Shown: one piece after another, positions 53,701 through 64,000 of the stretch | Layout of the letters: each line of letters opens with the position of its first letter | Position numbering within the stretch: position 1 is the first letter of the stretch | Origin: Yuukianura sp. NJ FZ-2021 | Lineage: Eukaryota | Length of the DNA: 64,000 nucleotides | Reading direction: 5' to 3' | Assembly: GCA_046563655.1 (NCBI GenBank) | Contig: CM102283.1 | Span: 2,480,001-2,544,000 of the forward strand | Translations under genes and position numbers: made by a program | The notes under the pieces: model-generated | What the model saw: the letters and a program-made list of their open reading frames with translations, nothing else | The model's database searches: none | What the model was told of the DNA's origin: nothing

Positions 53701-56700
53701 CCATTAAATGTCTGGAGTAATAAGCGACCGCGCTTTAGTTTGGCCAAAGACGTAGCAGTTTTGTTCCAGAGAATCTCTGGATTCATCATTCATGACTGTT
53801 TTGAAGTGTAGGGTTTTATGTACTTTCTAAGTTAGGTTGAAGTTAGGCTAAACTGGGAGGATTAGGTTAGGCAGGTTTACCTTGACTGAACCACGTAGCA
53901 GAATGAATCCCAGAAGAAGTTGAACTGACTGAAAAAACATGATGGAGCCAAAGAACATGTAGAGAGCAACTTCACGAAGAGCGTCTGCAATTAAATAAAT
54001 ATTTAAATTACACTTAGAAATTTAAATTACAATTAGGAATTTAAATTGCAATTGAAAATTTAAATTGCAATTGAAAATTTAAATTTGGGTTTGATTACGC
54101 TAAGGAAACTGATTTTAAGTTAGGTTGGTTAGACTGGGTTTTGTTAGTTTCCATTATAATTTCAAAATTTGGAAACGAAAACTCGTAAAGATTTCAATTT
54201 ATGAAAATGTGAGGTTAAAACAGTGGTGTTTTTTAAAGGATGGTAGGAATTCTGTCAATTTGTTATTGATTACGTTAGGTTAAGCTAAATTCAGCCTAAA
54301 ATGTTAGGTTATGGTAGGTTAACCAAATAAAACTTGTGCCAAGTTGGAACAGGTTGACGTGTAAGATGAAAAACTGCAAATTTTTAGTGTAATCTTTGTG
54401 AGTAATGGGAAGTGATTTTCGAAAATTGGATGAGCGCCATTTTTCAAAAAGTATTTGAAAAATTGTTCCCATTTTTGTTATTCCGCTTCTAACAATCTTG
54501 CATTTCACTTTTCCCCTGTTCTGTCTCTTTTCAAATTGAATTACTTTCTTCTCCGTTTTTACACTCTAACCACCGTTTTTTCGCTTTTTCAAAATTCAAT
54601 TTCCTCAAAAAGCATTTTATGTTTCGAAATATACTCGGTTAAGTTAAGTTCATGTTTTTAACCTGCTGTGAGCCAATTATGCTGTTGTTGTTGTTGTTGT
54701 TGTTGCTGTGCCGCATCTTGGACAAGGGAAGCGGGAGTTATTGAAGTTGAATTTTCATCTCCTTGGCCCTCTTCTTTCTTGATCTCAAAGAGAACCTCAT
54801 AAATTGATTTTGAAAGTCCAATTATTGTCAATGCCACCAACTGCAAAAAGGAAAATTTTGAAAAGAAGCAGAATTGTTGACATTTTTAAAAAATAAGAGA
54901 ATTTGAAATGAGAGGGACTGCTTTTTTTTTGAAAATGTGGTAATATAATTCTGGTAAGCATTCATGTCTCTCATGAATCCTATTTCCTTTGCTTATAATA
55001 TTAAAGCGACTCCTTTCCTGAGCTTGTTAAGTTAACCTATCCTAACATTTCATTCTTAAAGTTAGGCTACATCTTCTGCCCACTGAGACTTTTCACACAA
55101 GTCAACACTCAAGAGTCTTTCAAAAAAGGAGAAAAACCCGCTTCAAAAAATAATTTTTTGAGCGGTTCAGCAGTTTTGAAATTTTGAAAGCTCTGTCGAG
55201 AAAAGCAGATTTAGAATTTCTACTTTCTACTTTCCGAATTGGAATGAGGAGAACGCGAAAGACGCTGACGGCGAAATAAGCTGATTTCTTCTTCTTTTTT
55301 CGTTTTAAACAAATCGTGCTTTGCTTTCTAGTTTTGAAGTTTGAATTCATTTTTGGGAAACGAGCAATTTTTTGAAATGGAAATCAAAATTTAAAAGAAA
55401 ATAATCAAGAATGAAGTACTGGGAAAATAAATTATGTTTTTATTGACTTTACTTTTTTGAATTCTGTAGGAAGGTGGAAGGAAGCTTATTAGGAAAATGG
55501 AAAAATTCACAGGTCAAAGGTCACGGGAAGCTTGGAGGTCAAAAGTCAAACGTCGGCTTTCACTTCTTTTGTTACTTTAGGTTATGTCATGCCTTACCTA
55601 ATACATCTGTCAGGTCGATTTTAGACACTGAGCTTCTGTTGTGAAAAGGCAACGAGACATAATGAAATTTCTGTGAAGCCTTGACAGCTTTTTATTCAAA
55701 AGACAGAAATTCTCGAATGCGGGTGAAGTTCGGGGTTTTCGGAATTAGCCATTTCAGACAAGCAAACTTACCAAACTGAATAAAAAGAATATTCTTATGT
55801 GCATCAAAAAAAAAGAAATTTAAATGCCGTAAAACGTAAACTAAAATTTTGAAAAAAAAGAGAAAAAAAAGCCTCTGTCACGCGTATGGAGAAATCGTTT
55901 CCTTTGTAGTTCCTACCGGAAGTTCTGGCAGTTTTGAAATACCCGGCTAATTTTGAAACCCGGAAAACGGAAAATTTTATTTATTTTCACTAAACTTTAA
56001 ATATATGTTGTGTTTCTTGCCTCTTCGGCGTCATCTTCAATGACTTGTGGACCGAATCCAATAAAAGTAAACTGAATTTACAATTTCTTAAAAAACGCAG
56101 AAAAAATAAGCAACCGAGAAAGAAGAAACGACTTCAAAAAACTTTCCTGTTGATGTTCATATGATGCTCATCTAACCTAATCTGAATACATAAAAATGAA
56201 TAAACTCCCTTTGGAAAATTTATTTTGTCTAATTATACTGCAAAAATAGTATTTCATTTGTTCAACCAGAATAACAACTTCTAACAAAAACAAAAATACC
56301 GAAACGGTATTCATTTATGTATGTCCCGAAATCAAACATAGTTTTGCCAAAGCAGAGTAATCACCCGAAAAATAAACTTTCAAAAAGTTCAAACAGAAGG
56401 TACTTAAGCTAACATTACATTTCCAAATTTTCAAAAAATAACCCTACACAACATCCCTTTAGCCTGACTTTTCAAAAGGTCAAAGGTCGAGTCCAAATAT
56501 GAACATAACTTTTTCCTAAAGTAACAACAGCTTAGAACCAACGAAATTGGAGTATTTGAGTACACGAAAAATTGAAGAAAATGTTGCCCTTCCTTTAATG
56601 TTATTGAAAAACACCGTTTTTGAAAAACCGCGCTTTTTTGGAATTGTGTGATGGAAAAATTTTCAACGTCTCTTTTTATTGTGCTAAAGAAATATGTAGG

Positions 56701-57742
56701 AATTTTTTTAGAATGCAGTGGAACAAATGAGACCAAGGACCTGTCGTTGACAACAACAAAATTCTATGAGACGAAAACAAAAAAGAAATTTTTGGCTTCG
56801 AGTAGTAAAATTTTGGCGTCCAATGATTGCCAAAAAGTGTAAAACCTAAAAGTCTACCATGGAAAGTGTGAACATGCAACATTTGGGAGTTAGTGCTGCC
56901 TCCTTTGCATGACTTCCAGGTTTTCATGTTGAACCCATCAATATAAATTTTTTAGACCTCTTCCGCCATTTTTACTTTCAAAATTGGGCACAAGAGAAAC
57001 TGTTTTTTCTTTCTTCTTTTACAGTATTTAGGTTTTGGCGTCTAGGTCATGACCTTGTGTCCATTCTATCAGCCAATGAAACACTTTAAAATCCCCAGTG
57101 CTTCCTAGGCACTTCACTTCAATTACTTTTTAGAGTCCATTAGAAATGTTATGTTAGGTTAACATGACCTCAGAAAAGTCACACGCCAAAACCTAGTTGA
57201 CCAGCACAGGTACAAAGAAGATGAAAGGAAATGAATAATTGAATAGCCAATAGCAACTTGTACTTCTACAGAACAAAAAAAATCGAAAGTGGATCCGAGA
57301 ATTGCACTTTGTAAGAAGAAATCGCAAATTGGATACGAAACTTTGCACTTTGGTCAAATTGTTAGAGTAAGAGCAAATTGCAGTAAGCAAAAATTCAATC
57401 TCATGAATTTTCAATTTAGAGGAAAATTGTCCCAAGTTTTTGCACAAATAAAAAAAATCTTGATTTTACAGATCCTAAAAAGATGAAATTTTAACGCTAC
57501 ATTAAGGTGAAACCCCTTTTCATATTTAACAAAAAAAAAACTTTAAAAAAATTTTTTTTTTTGAAATTAGAAAAAAAAAATTGGTTTCTTACAATGTCGA
57601 GAATTGCAATTTGGTTGACCCCGTTTGCCCTCGAGGTTCTTCCACAAGATCCAAGGCGATGAAGGACTTTGGCACTGACGCTCATCTCCTTTCGTCCACT
57701 CGAGACGCTCATACGTCTAATGTCAAGCTCCTTCAAGGTCAT
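50720..57742 (-). CDS. Uncharacterized four-transmembrane protein (LAPTM/DUF4728-like topology), ~243 aa
   Basis: Phase-consistent exons 57742-57593, 54840-54663, 53984-53881, 51019-50720. Four hydrophobic segments: IAILDILVALTIIGL, VALYMFFGSIMFFQSVQLLLGFILL, IWFVVQIVLLLLEVGLFAFF, WICSILFLGSLLYKIYCLYVV. Poly-Gln in the first loop. The family label is by resemblance only. Confidence 0.75.
51131..51470. repeat. Degenerate ~165-180 bp tandem duplication, probably transposon-internal
   Basis: AGTGGACATTT.AAATTT at ~51132 and ~51312. CCGATT.CAGATTCGGATTCAG...GCGAGCACAC at ~51258 and ~51422. Confidence 0.7.
54001..54086. repeat. Tandem repeat, 19 bp x 4.5 (ATTTAAATTGCAATTGAAA)
   Basis: Read directly; lies beside the acceptor of exon 53984-53881. 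Confidence 0.85.
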
Positions 57743-58371
57743 CTTCGGTCAAGGTCAAAGGTCACTGATTCCTATTCAGCTATTTTCAATTAATGACTCT
57801 TTTAATCAAAATTCAACTTTCTGAACTTTTTGCAATATTTGCAAAAAAAAAAGAAGTTATTAACTTTCTATTGTTTTCGAAACTCCCAAGTTTTCTTTGT
57901 CAACTTTCTCTGACTGAAGCGCGTTGGGTTCTGAAATTCGTAAACACAAAGGTCTGTCGTGTGATCCTGATGTTCGGAAAAAGTTTTTGGCTTGGAGCAC
58001 GAGTTTCAATGCGCAGTAAACCTCCAAAACCGAAGCGATGAAGCTGAGTACAGTCTGGAACAGTCAAACATGTCACCGGAAGGCGGGATTTCAGCTGAAT
58101 CAGAGATTTGGCTAGACACGCCTTCTTTAGTACACTTCAAGGCTTCCAGGTTTACTTTTGCTTACTTTGAAAGTTCCATGTTGTGGAATCCACTGCAAGG
58201 TTACAAATTCCCAGAAGACTGGCAGTTCAACGTAGCTGTTTCAAAAGTACAAAAAGTTTTTCAAAGCGCATGGAGCTGTTCTCCCTTCCAGGAAAAGTTG
58301 ACCAAAGCTTTGGGTGTGGAACCGTGGTCTCAAGTGTCAACACAAGATATCCTTGAAACTGCTCATTTGCA

Positions 58372-58772
58372 AGTTTCAACGGAATTGCTTCAACACCATT
58401 AGCTCAACTTAATTTGCTTCAACACAAACCGTGCATGAAGTCTACAGATTCCGAAGAAATCTCATAACACTAAAAATAAAATTACTATAGTTGAAGAGCC
58501 AATTCTGTAATGCTGATTCAAACAATGTCAATTGAACCAAAGACGGTTGACCATTTTGGTTTTAACCTATAGCCGTTGAACCAATGACGGCTGGCATAAA
58601 TTCAGCAGAACCAATAACATGTGGAACAAATTGGACACTTGACGAATTTGAATTGAACTTATGACGGTTGATTTTTCTCAGTTACGCCAATCACGGCGTT
58701 GAGCAAATTCATGTGGACCAATGACAGTTGAGCAAATTTGAACTAATGAGATTGAAGCAATTCGTTTGAACT
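58372..58772. mobile_element. Degenerate inverted-repeat (MITE-like) element with internal GAACCAATGACGGTTG repeats
   Basis: GAATTGCTTCAACACCATTAGCTCAA (58382-58407) is an imperfect inverted match to TTGAACTAATGAGATTGAAGCAATTC (58738-58763). No TSD resolved. Confidence 0.55.
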
Positions 58773-60006
58773 AATAGTTTTTAATCACAGCATAAACTGA
58801 GCGTTCCAGAATCCAGAAGAGGCGACATTTCGTTGGAGACATGGGACAGTTTGGAGCTGAAAATGTTTTGTCGTACTGGAATTGTTGTCAGAGATTCAGT
58901 GGAGTGGAATGGCTGGAGACATATTGGAGCCTTCTAGAACTTTTTGGCTTACTGGATACCCACATGGTGACACCAGGAAATTTAAGATGGCGGAAAATAT
59001 TGTTATGTTGTCATCATTTCATGTTATGACTGCATACTAAACAAGAATGTCGGCTGAAACCACGTGATTTTCTGGAAAGCCTAGCTTCAATTATGTTTTC
59101 AGAATTCGATTTCAAAATTTTAATGCAAAATGGAAGGTGATGAGAAACAGACGCCTCGGTGCTTTTCATTTTGATTATGGTTCATTAAGGTTGTCAACAG
59201 ACTTAGACGCTAAACACGATAACAAGTAACGAGGTTTTATTCAGTTTTGAATTTTGATCGATTAAAATCAGCTTTTAACTCAAACCTATCACACTTTTAA
59301 AGCCGATTCAGTTAAAGTCTCGAACTTTTACAAAGATGGTTTAGGCGTTTCTGTCTACAAAGAAAATAAGTTTTTCGAAATTTTGAATGATATTTTTTTT
59401 TGAAATGCTGCATCCTGATTAAAACCATACTAAAAAGTGAAGCATGTTTTCCCTATGAGTCATTCCGGTTTTGTGCACTCAACGGTCGCAAATTTTCAGA
59501 AGCAAATGGAGCATGGAGAAAGTAGTGATGCGGTGAAAGTAATAATCGTCTCATCACGTACGACTGGATGAATTTTGTTCATGTTCATAACATTTTATGA
59601 AATTTTTCAACAAATTTCATAAAACCGAATTTTTATTAGTAAAAATTTTTCAAAATTTCAGAGAAGTTTACTATTGCTAGGTTTTGTGAAGAAGCTGGAA
59701 CAAAATTTACGGTAATTTTCTTTGGAAAAAGAAGTTGAATTCACAAGGAGGGGAAATTTTGGAAAGGTTCTTGACCTGCCTTTGAATCGATCTTTGATGT
59801 TGGTGCATCTTAAGCTTGAACGTGTCTAGACAACAAGATGTACGACTCTTCCAATTGAAAATCTAGCTACATCCGTGTACATTTTGTTACAAATAACAGA
59901 AAACAGGAAAAACACACAAAAAAAAGTTATTTTGGAGAAAGTAGAAGTGGATTTCCCCATTAGTAGTGTTGAGATGTCCGAGTGCATTAAAGATCGTGCT
60001 GTCGCT

Positions 60007-61350
60007 TTATTCGTTAGTCGAAACGCCAAACTGTTTCTCAAATGCAGCCTTATTTTCTAGAATCCATTGTTCCAATGTCAAAATGTCTGGAAGGAATTTC
60101 CTTGCAGCATCCAAACTGCGCAGTGCACCGCACTCTTTGTGGTAATCCCGGAAATATTGCAAGATAGCAGCCAAATCATCTACAAAAAATAAAAATCAAG
60201 TGAAATTTCTTCTCTGCAATTATCACTTTATTAATTAACCAAACCTGCTCCAGGAAATGGAAGTTTAGCAAAATCCGCAGGCTCCATTGCATTGTAAACA
60301 ACAGTTTTGCCAAAATGTTTTGTGAACAATTTAGCAGCGTCGTCAAATGATATAACGTCTCCTACGGCAGCAATCGTTTGACCAATGCAACTTGGATCCT
60401 CAAATGCCTTGGCAGCCATTTTTCCAATGTCTTTTGTAGCCACCAATGGAATTCCAACATGACCCAACGAATACGTAATGGAAAATGTACCGTCGGCTTC
60501 AGGTTTTGGTCCCACTACAAGCAGTTTCATTCATAAGTCATGGAGTTGACAAAATTGGCAGTTGACAAATTTAGAAAGAGGACAAAAGTGGCAGTATTTT
60601 GAAGCTTACACAAGTCCTTGGTTGTAAGGAAATTGTCGCAAAATGCAGTAACGAGCAGAGCCGTTGTTGGAACTGTTTTGCAGACGTACGGTAGAACTTC
60701 TCCTTTTCCGTCGAATTCGGGTACAGTGTACTTGCCAAAAAGAATTGGCATTGTACCTTCCTTGACCTGGAATGACACTTCAACTTTAAAATCCAACGTT
60801 TTAAAAAATGATGAAAGTGGACTCAACACTTACAATTTTGCGTGTATCTTCCAATGTAGAAATCACAACATGCTTGAGTCCAGCGGCTGCAGCAGCATCG
60901 GCCAAGTTTTTGTTTTGCTGGATTTCATGATCGACGTCTCCTATATGTGCCCAGTAGTCTGTCACAAAGAATGCCCCTGAAAAAAAAAATGCAAGAAAAA
61001 AAATATTTTTACCGATTTTTTTCGTTTGCATTCACTTCTATCAGAAATTTCAGAGGATTTTGACCTGTTCCTTTTAAACTTTTCGGTTACACAATTTATT
61101 TTCATGTTTCATAATTACATAATTAACTCAAAGTACCGTAAGCTCCTTGGAAGGCTTTTTTCAAAGACTCCACGTCATCTGCGTCAGCTTGGACAATGTC
61201 TGGGCAGATTTTGGCGAGTTCCTTGGCTTTGTCCGAATTGACGTTGCGTGTCACTGCTCGAACGGCAAACTTGCCATTTTTCAACAATGCTCTAACGACA
61301 CCTCCACCTTGGGATCCGGTGGCTCCCAGTACAACAATTATGTCGCTCAT
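60007..61350 (-). CDS. NmrA-like family (NMRAL1/HSCARG-type atypical SDR, NADP(H)-binding) protein, copy 1, ~318 aa
   Basis: Exons 61350-61137, 60976-60834, 60766-60610, 60514-60245, 60179-60007 are phase-consistent. Motifs: GATGSQGGGV, VRAVTRN, AFQGAYGAFFVT, FDGKGEV, FPGADDLA. Confidence 0.92.
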
Positions 61351-62072
61351 TTTACAATTGGAGCTTTTAGAATGATTGGACCATTTCAGAGCTCAACTCA
61401 AAGTGTAATGAATATAAATAGCTTTTCAAGGTGACACAACTCAAAGCATCCAACAAAAACCTAAAGTGTTGCTTGCATTAAACGAGAAATCTTATCACTT
61501 CTCTGAAGTACTAATACAGCACAAAGAAAAATGAACTTGAGGCTGAGCTAAAGTTTTTTTGCAACCCATCATTGTTTCACGTTCAGTTTTTATGTTTTTA
61601 ACTAACCCAAGGCTAAAGCCCCAAAATTAATTTGTAAAATTAATTTGTAACCACTTAAGTAGTTGAAAAAAAAACAGAAAAGTTCAAGTTTTGCTATTTG
61701 ATGAAGTTTTTTCTAAATGGACTTGAAAGATCTTTGAAAAATGTCGAAGAAAAAATTCAAGTAATTTCGAATTTTTGCAATTTTGAAAAACTGCGTTCCT
61801 GCAACTTGTAAGTATATGTTGCTTCGCTCCAGGGTGTATGTGGTTAGAAATCTAAAAGGTTTGAAAGCTTTTCTTTAACAAGAAATAATTTTTAGGATAA
61901 CGGCAACTACATGAAAAATTCAAAAAAGTAACAATGAGCGGAAATTTTTTTTTACATGTTTCATGCTAACTTCAAAGTAAGTTGTTTTACTGAACATTAA
62001 AATTTTCAGAGTTGACAATCGTGCAAGTTGAGATGTCCGAATGTAGGATAAGATCTTTTTGTTGGTTCATCC

Positions 62073-63339
62073 CTACCCAGAAACGCCAAACTGTTTCTCA
62101 AATGTAGCCTTATTTTCCAAAATCCATTGTTCCAATGTCAAAACGTCCGGTAGGAATTTCCTTGCAGCATTCAAACTGCGTAATGCACAGCACTCTTTGT
62201 TGTAATCCCGAAAATATTGAAAAATAGCTGCCAAGTCATCTACAAAAAATAAAAGTCGAGTCAAACATCTACATTGCAATTATCACTCTATGAATTAAGC
62301 AAACCTGCTCCAGGAAATGGAAGTTTAGCAAAATCTTGTGGCTCCATTGCATTGTAAACAACAGTTTTGCCGAAATGTTTTGTGAACAATTTAGCAACGT
62401 CGTCAAATGATATAACGTCTCCTACGGCAGCTATTGTCTGACCAATGCAACTGGGATTCTCGAATGCTTTGGCAGCCATTTTCCCAATGTCTTTTGTAGC
62501 CACCAGCGGAATTCCAACATGACCCAAGGAATACGTAATGGAAAATGTACCGTCGGCTTCAGGCTTCGGTCCCACTACAGTTTCAAAAGTTAGTCAAGCA
62601 GTAGACAAAATTGGCAATTGACTTTGGAAACAGGACAAAATTGGCAGTATTTTGGAACCTACACGAGTCCTTGAATGTAATGAAGTTGTCGCAAAATCCA
62701 GAAACGAGCAGAGCCGTTGTTGGAACTGTTTTGCAAACATACGGTAGAACTTCTCCTTTTCCGTCGAATTCAGGCACAGTGTACTTCCCAAAAAGAATTG
62801 GCATTGTACCTTCCTTGACCTGAAATGGCACTTCAACTTCAAAATCTCACGTTTAAAAAAATTACAAAAGTGGACTCTACACTTACAATTTTGCGTGTAT
62901 CTTCCAACGTAGAAATTACAACGTGCTTGAGTCCAGCGGCTGCAGCAGCATCGGCCAAGTTTTTTGTTTGTTGGATTTCATGCTCGACGTCTCCCGCATG
63001 TTCCCAGTAGTTAGTCACAAGAAATGCCCCTGAAATTTAAAAAAAAATTATGAAAAAACACATTTTCACCGAAAAGTTTTGTTTGTCTGTATTCACTGCC
63101 TTGAAGATAAATTAACTCAGAGTACCGTAGGCTCCTTGGAAGGCTTTTTTCAAAGACTCCACGTCATCTGCGTCAGCTTGGGCAATGTCGGGGCAAATTT
63201 TGGCGAGTTCCTTGGCCTTGTCCGAATTGACGTTACGCGTCACCGCCCGCACGGCAAACTTTCCATTTTTCAACAATGCTCTAACGACACCTCCACCTTG
63301 GGATCCGGTGGCTCCCAGTACAGCAATAATGTCGTTCAT
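62073..63339 (-). CDS. NmrA-like family protein, copy 2 (tandem paralog)
   Basis: Same five-exon structure and motifs as copy 1, with open frames and intact splice sites. Confidence 0.92.
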
Positions 63340-64000
63340 TTTGCTACTGACGCTGTTTAGGATTACTCGACCGTTGCAGAGGATCCACGGTAAAATGAAT
63401 ATAAATAGCTTTTCAAGGTTAGACAACTCAAACTCATTCAACCAAAACCTTATTAAACTGGTGTTTGCATTGAAGGACGACGATCAATCTTATAACTTCT
63501 CCGAATTACTATAAACAGAAAAAGAGAGACTTGAGGCTGAGCTGAGTTTTTTGCAACCCGTCATTCTTTCGCATTCAGTTTTTAACTAACCCAAGGCTAA
63601 ACCCCACAATTATTATATTGTAAGTAACCATTTAAAAAAACAGAAAAAAGTTCAAGTTTTCTCATGTGATGGAACTTTTCCTTTATCCGGACTCAAATGA
63701 TCTTTCAAAAATTTTGAAAAAAATCAAGCTTAGGTTAACATGTTTGAAATCTTGAAGAGCTGCTTTCCTGCAACTTGCAAGTATATTTTGCTTTAATTTT
63801 AATTTTTGCGCTACATGCTCTATGGTATATGTGGATCCCAATCGAAATTTTAATAAAACTTTAAAAAATTTTATGTAAAAAAAATTTGGACAATTAACTG
63901 CACAGAAGAAGATTTCAAAAAAGTTAAAAGAGTGGAAAACTTTACATGTATGAACTTCAAAGTAAGTTTGAGGCTGTTTTACTGAACTTTTTAAATTCTC

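Larger units (their letters stand above)
59968..64000. repeat. Tandem segmental duplication, ~2.06-kb unit (NmrA gene plus upstream region)
   Basis: GTTGAGATGTCCGA at ~59968 and ~62027. Non-coding 61351-62010 aligns by eye with 63340-64000. Confidence 0.88.

Noticed and set aside
56858-57265. Additional exons for the four-TM gene (KCCMFTLSM; VQVAIGYSIIHF)
   Set aside because: Phases and upstream stops do not fit the model. Exon 57742-57593 already joins 54840 in frame through a strong GTAAGA donor.
57992-58402. 136-aa ORF
   Set aside because: Non-ATG start, no recognisable motif, and it runs into a repeat element.

Overview
This is AT-rich eukaryotic (animal) nuclear DNA with short GT-AG introns. 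Scattered TTAGG/CCTAA motifs and an insect-type AMPK-gamma N-terminus point to an arthropod, possibly a springtail-like hexapod (inference only). Protein-coding genes reconstructed by hand, with exon phases checked: an RIIa D/D-domain protein with His-periodic 11-aa repeats (+), a TIGAR/PGAM-like histidine phosphatase (-), a BTB-BACK protein (-), COQ5 (-), a ~32-kb AMPK gamma subunit gene with at least four candidate first coding exons (+), a four-TM protein (-), and two tandem NmrA/HSCARG-like genes (-). Also present: an intact hAT-type MITE with an 8-bp TSD, several minisatellites and degenerate repeats, and recurrent perfect DR1 motifs (AGGTCAaAGGTCA). The most unusual feature is a head-to-head pair of tRNA-Val(AAC) genes with identical exons. 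One copy carries a 43-nt insert at the canonical 37/38 intron site, and that insert is built in the exact register of a second tRNA 3' half, with its own T-arm/B-box, folded into a 13-bp hairpin. All calls come from reading the sequence; no searches were run.
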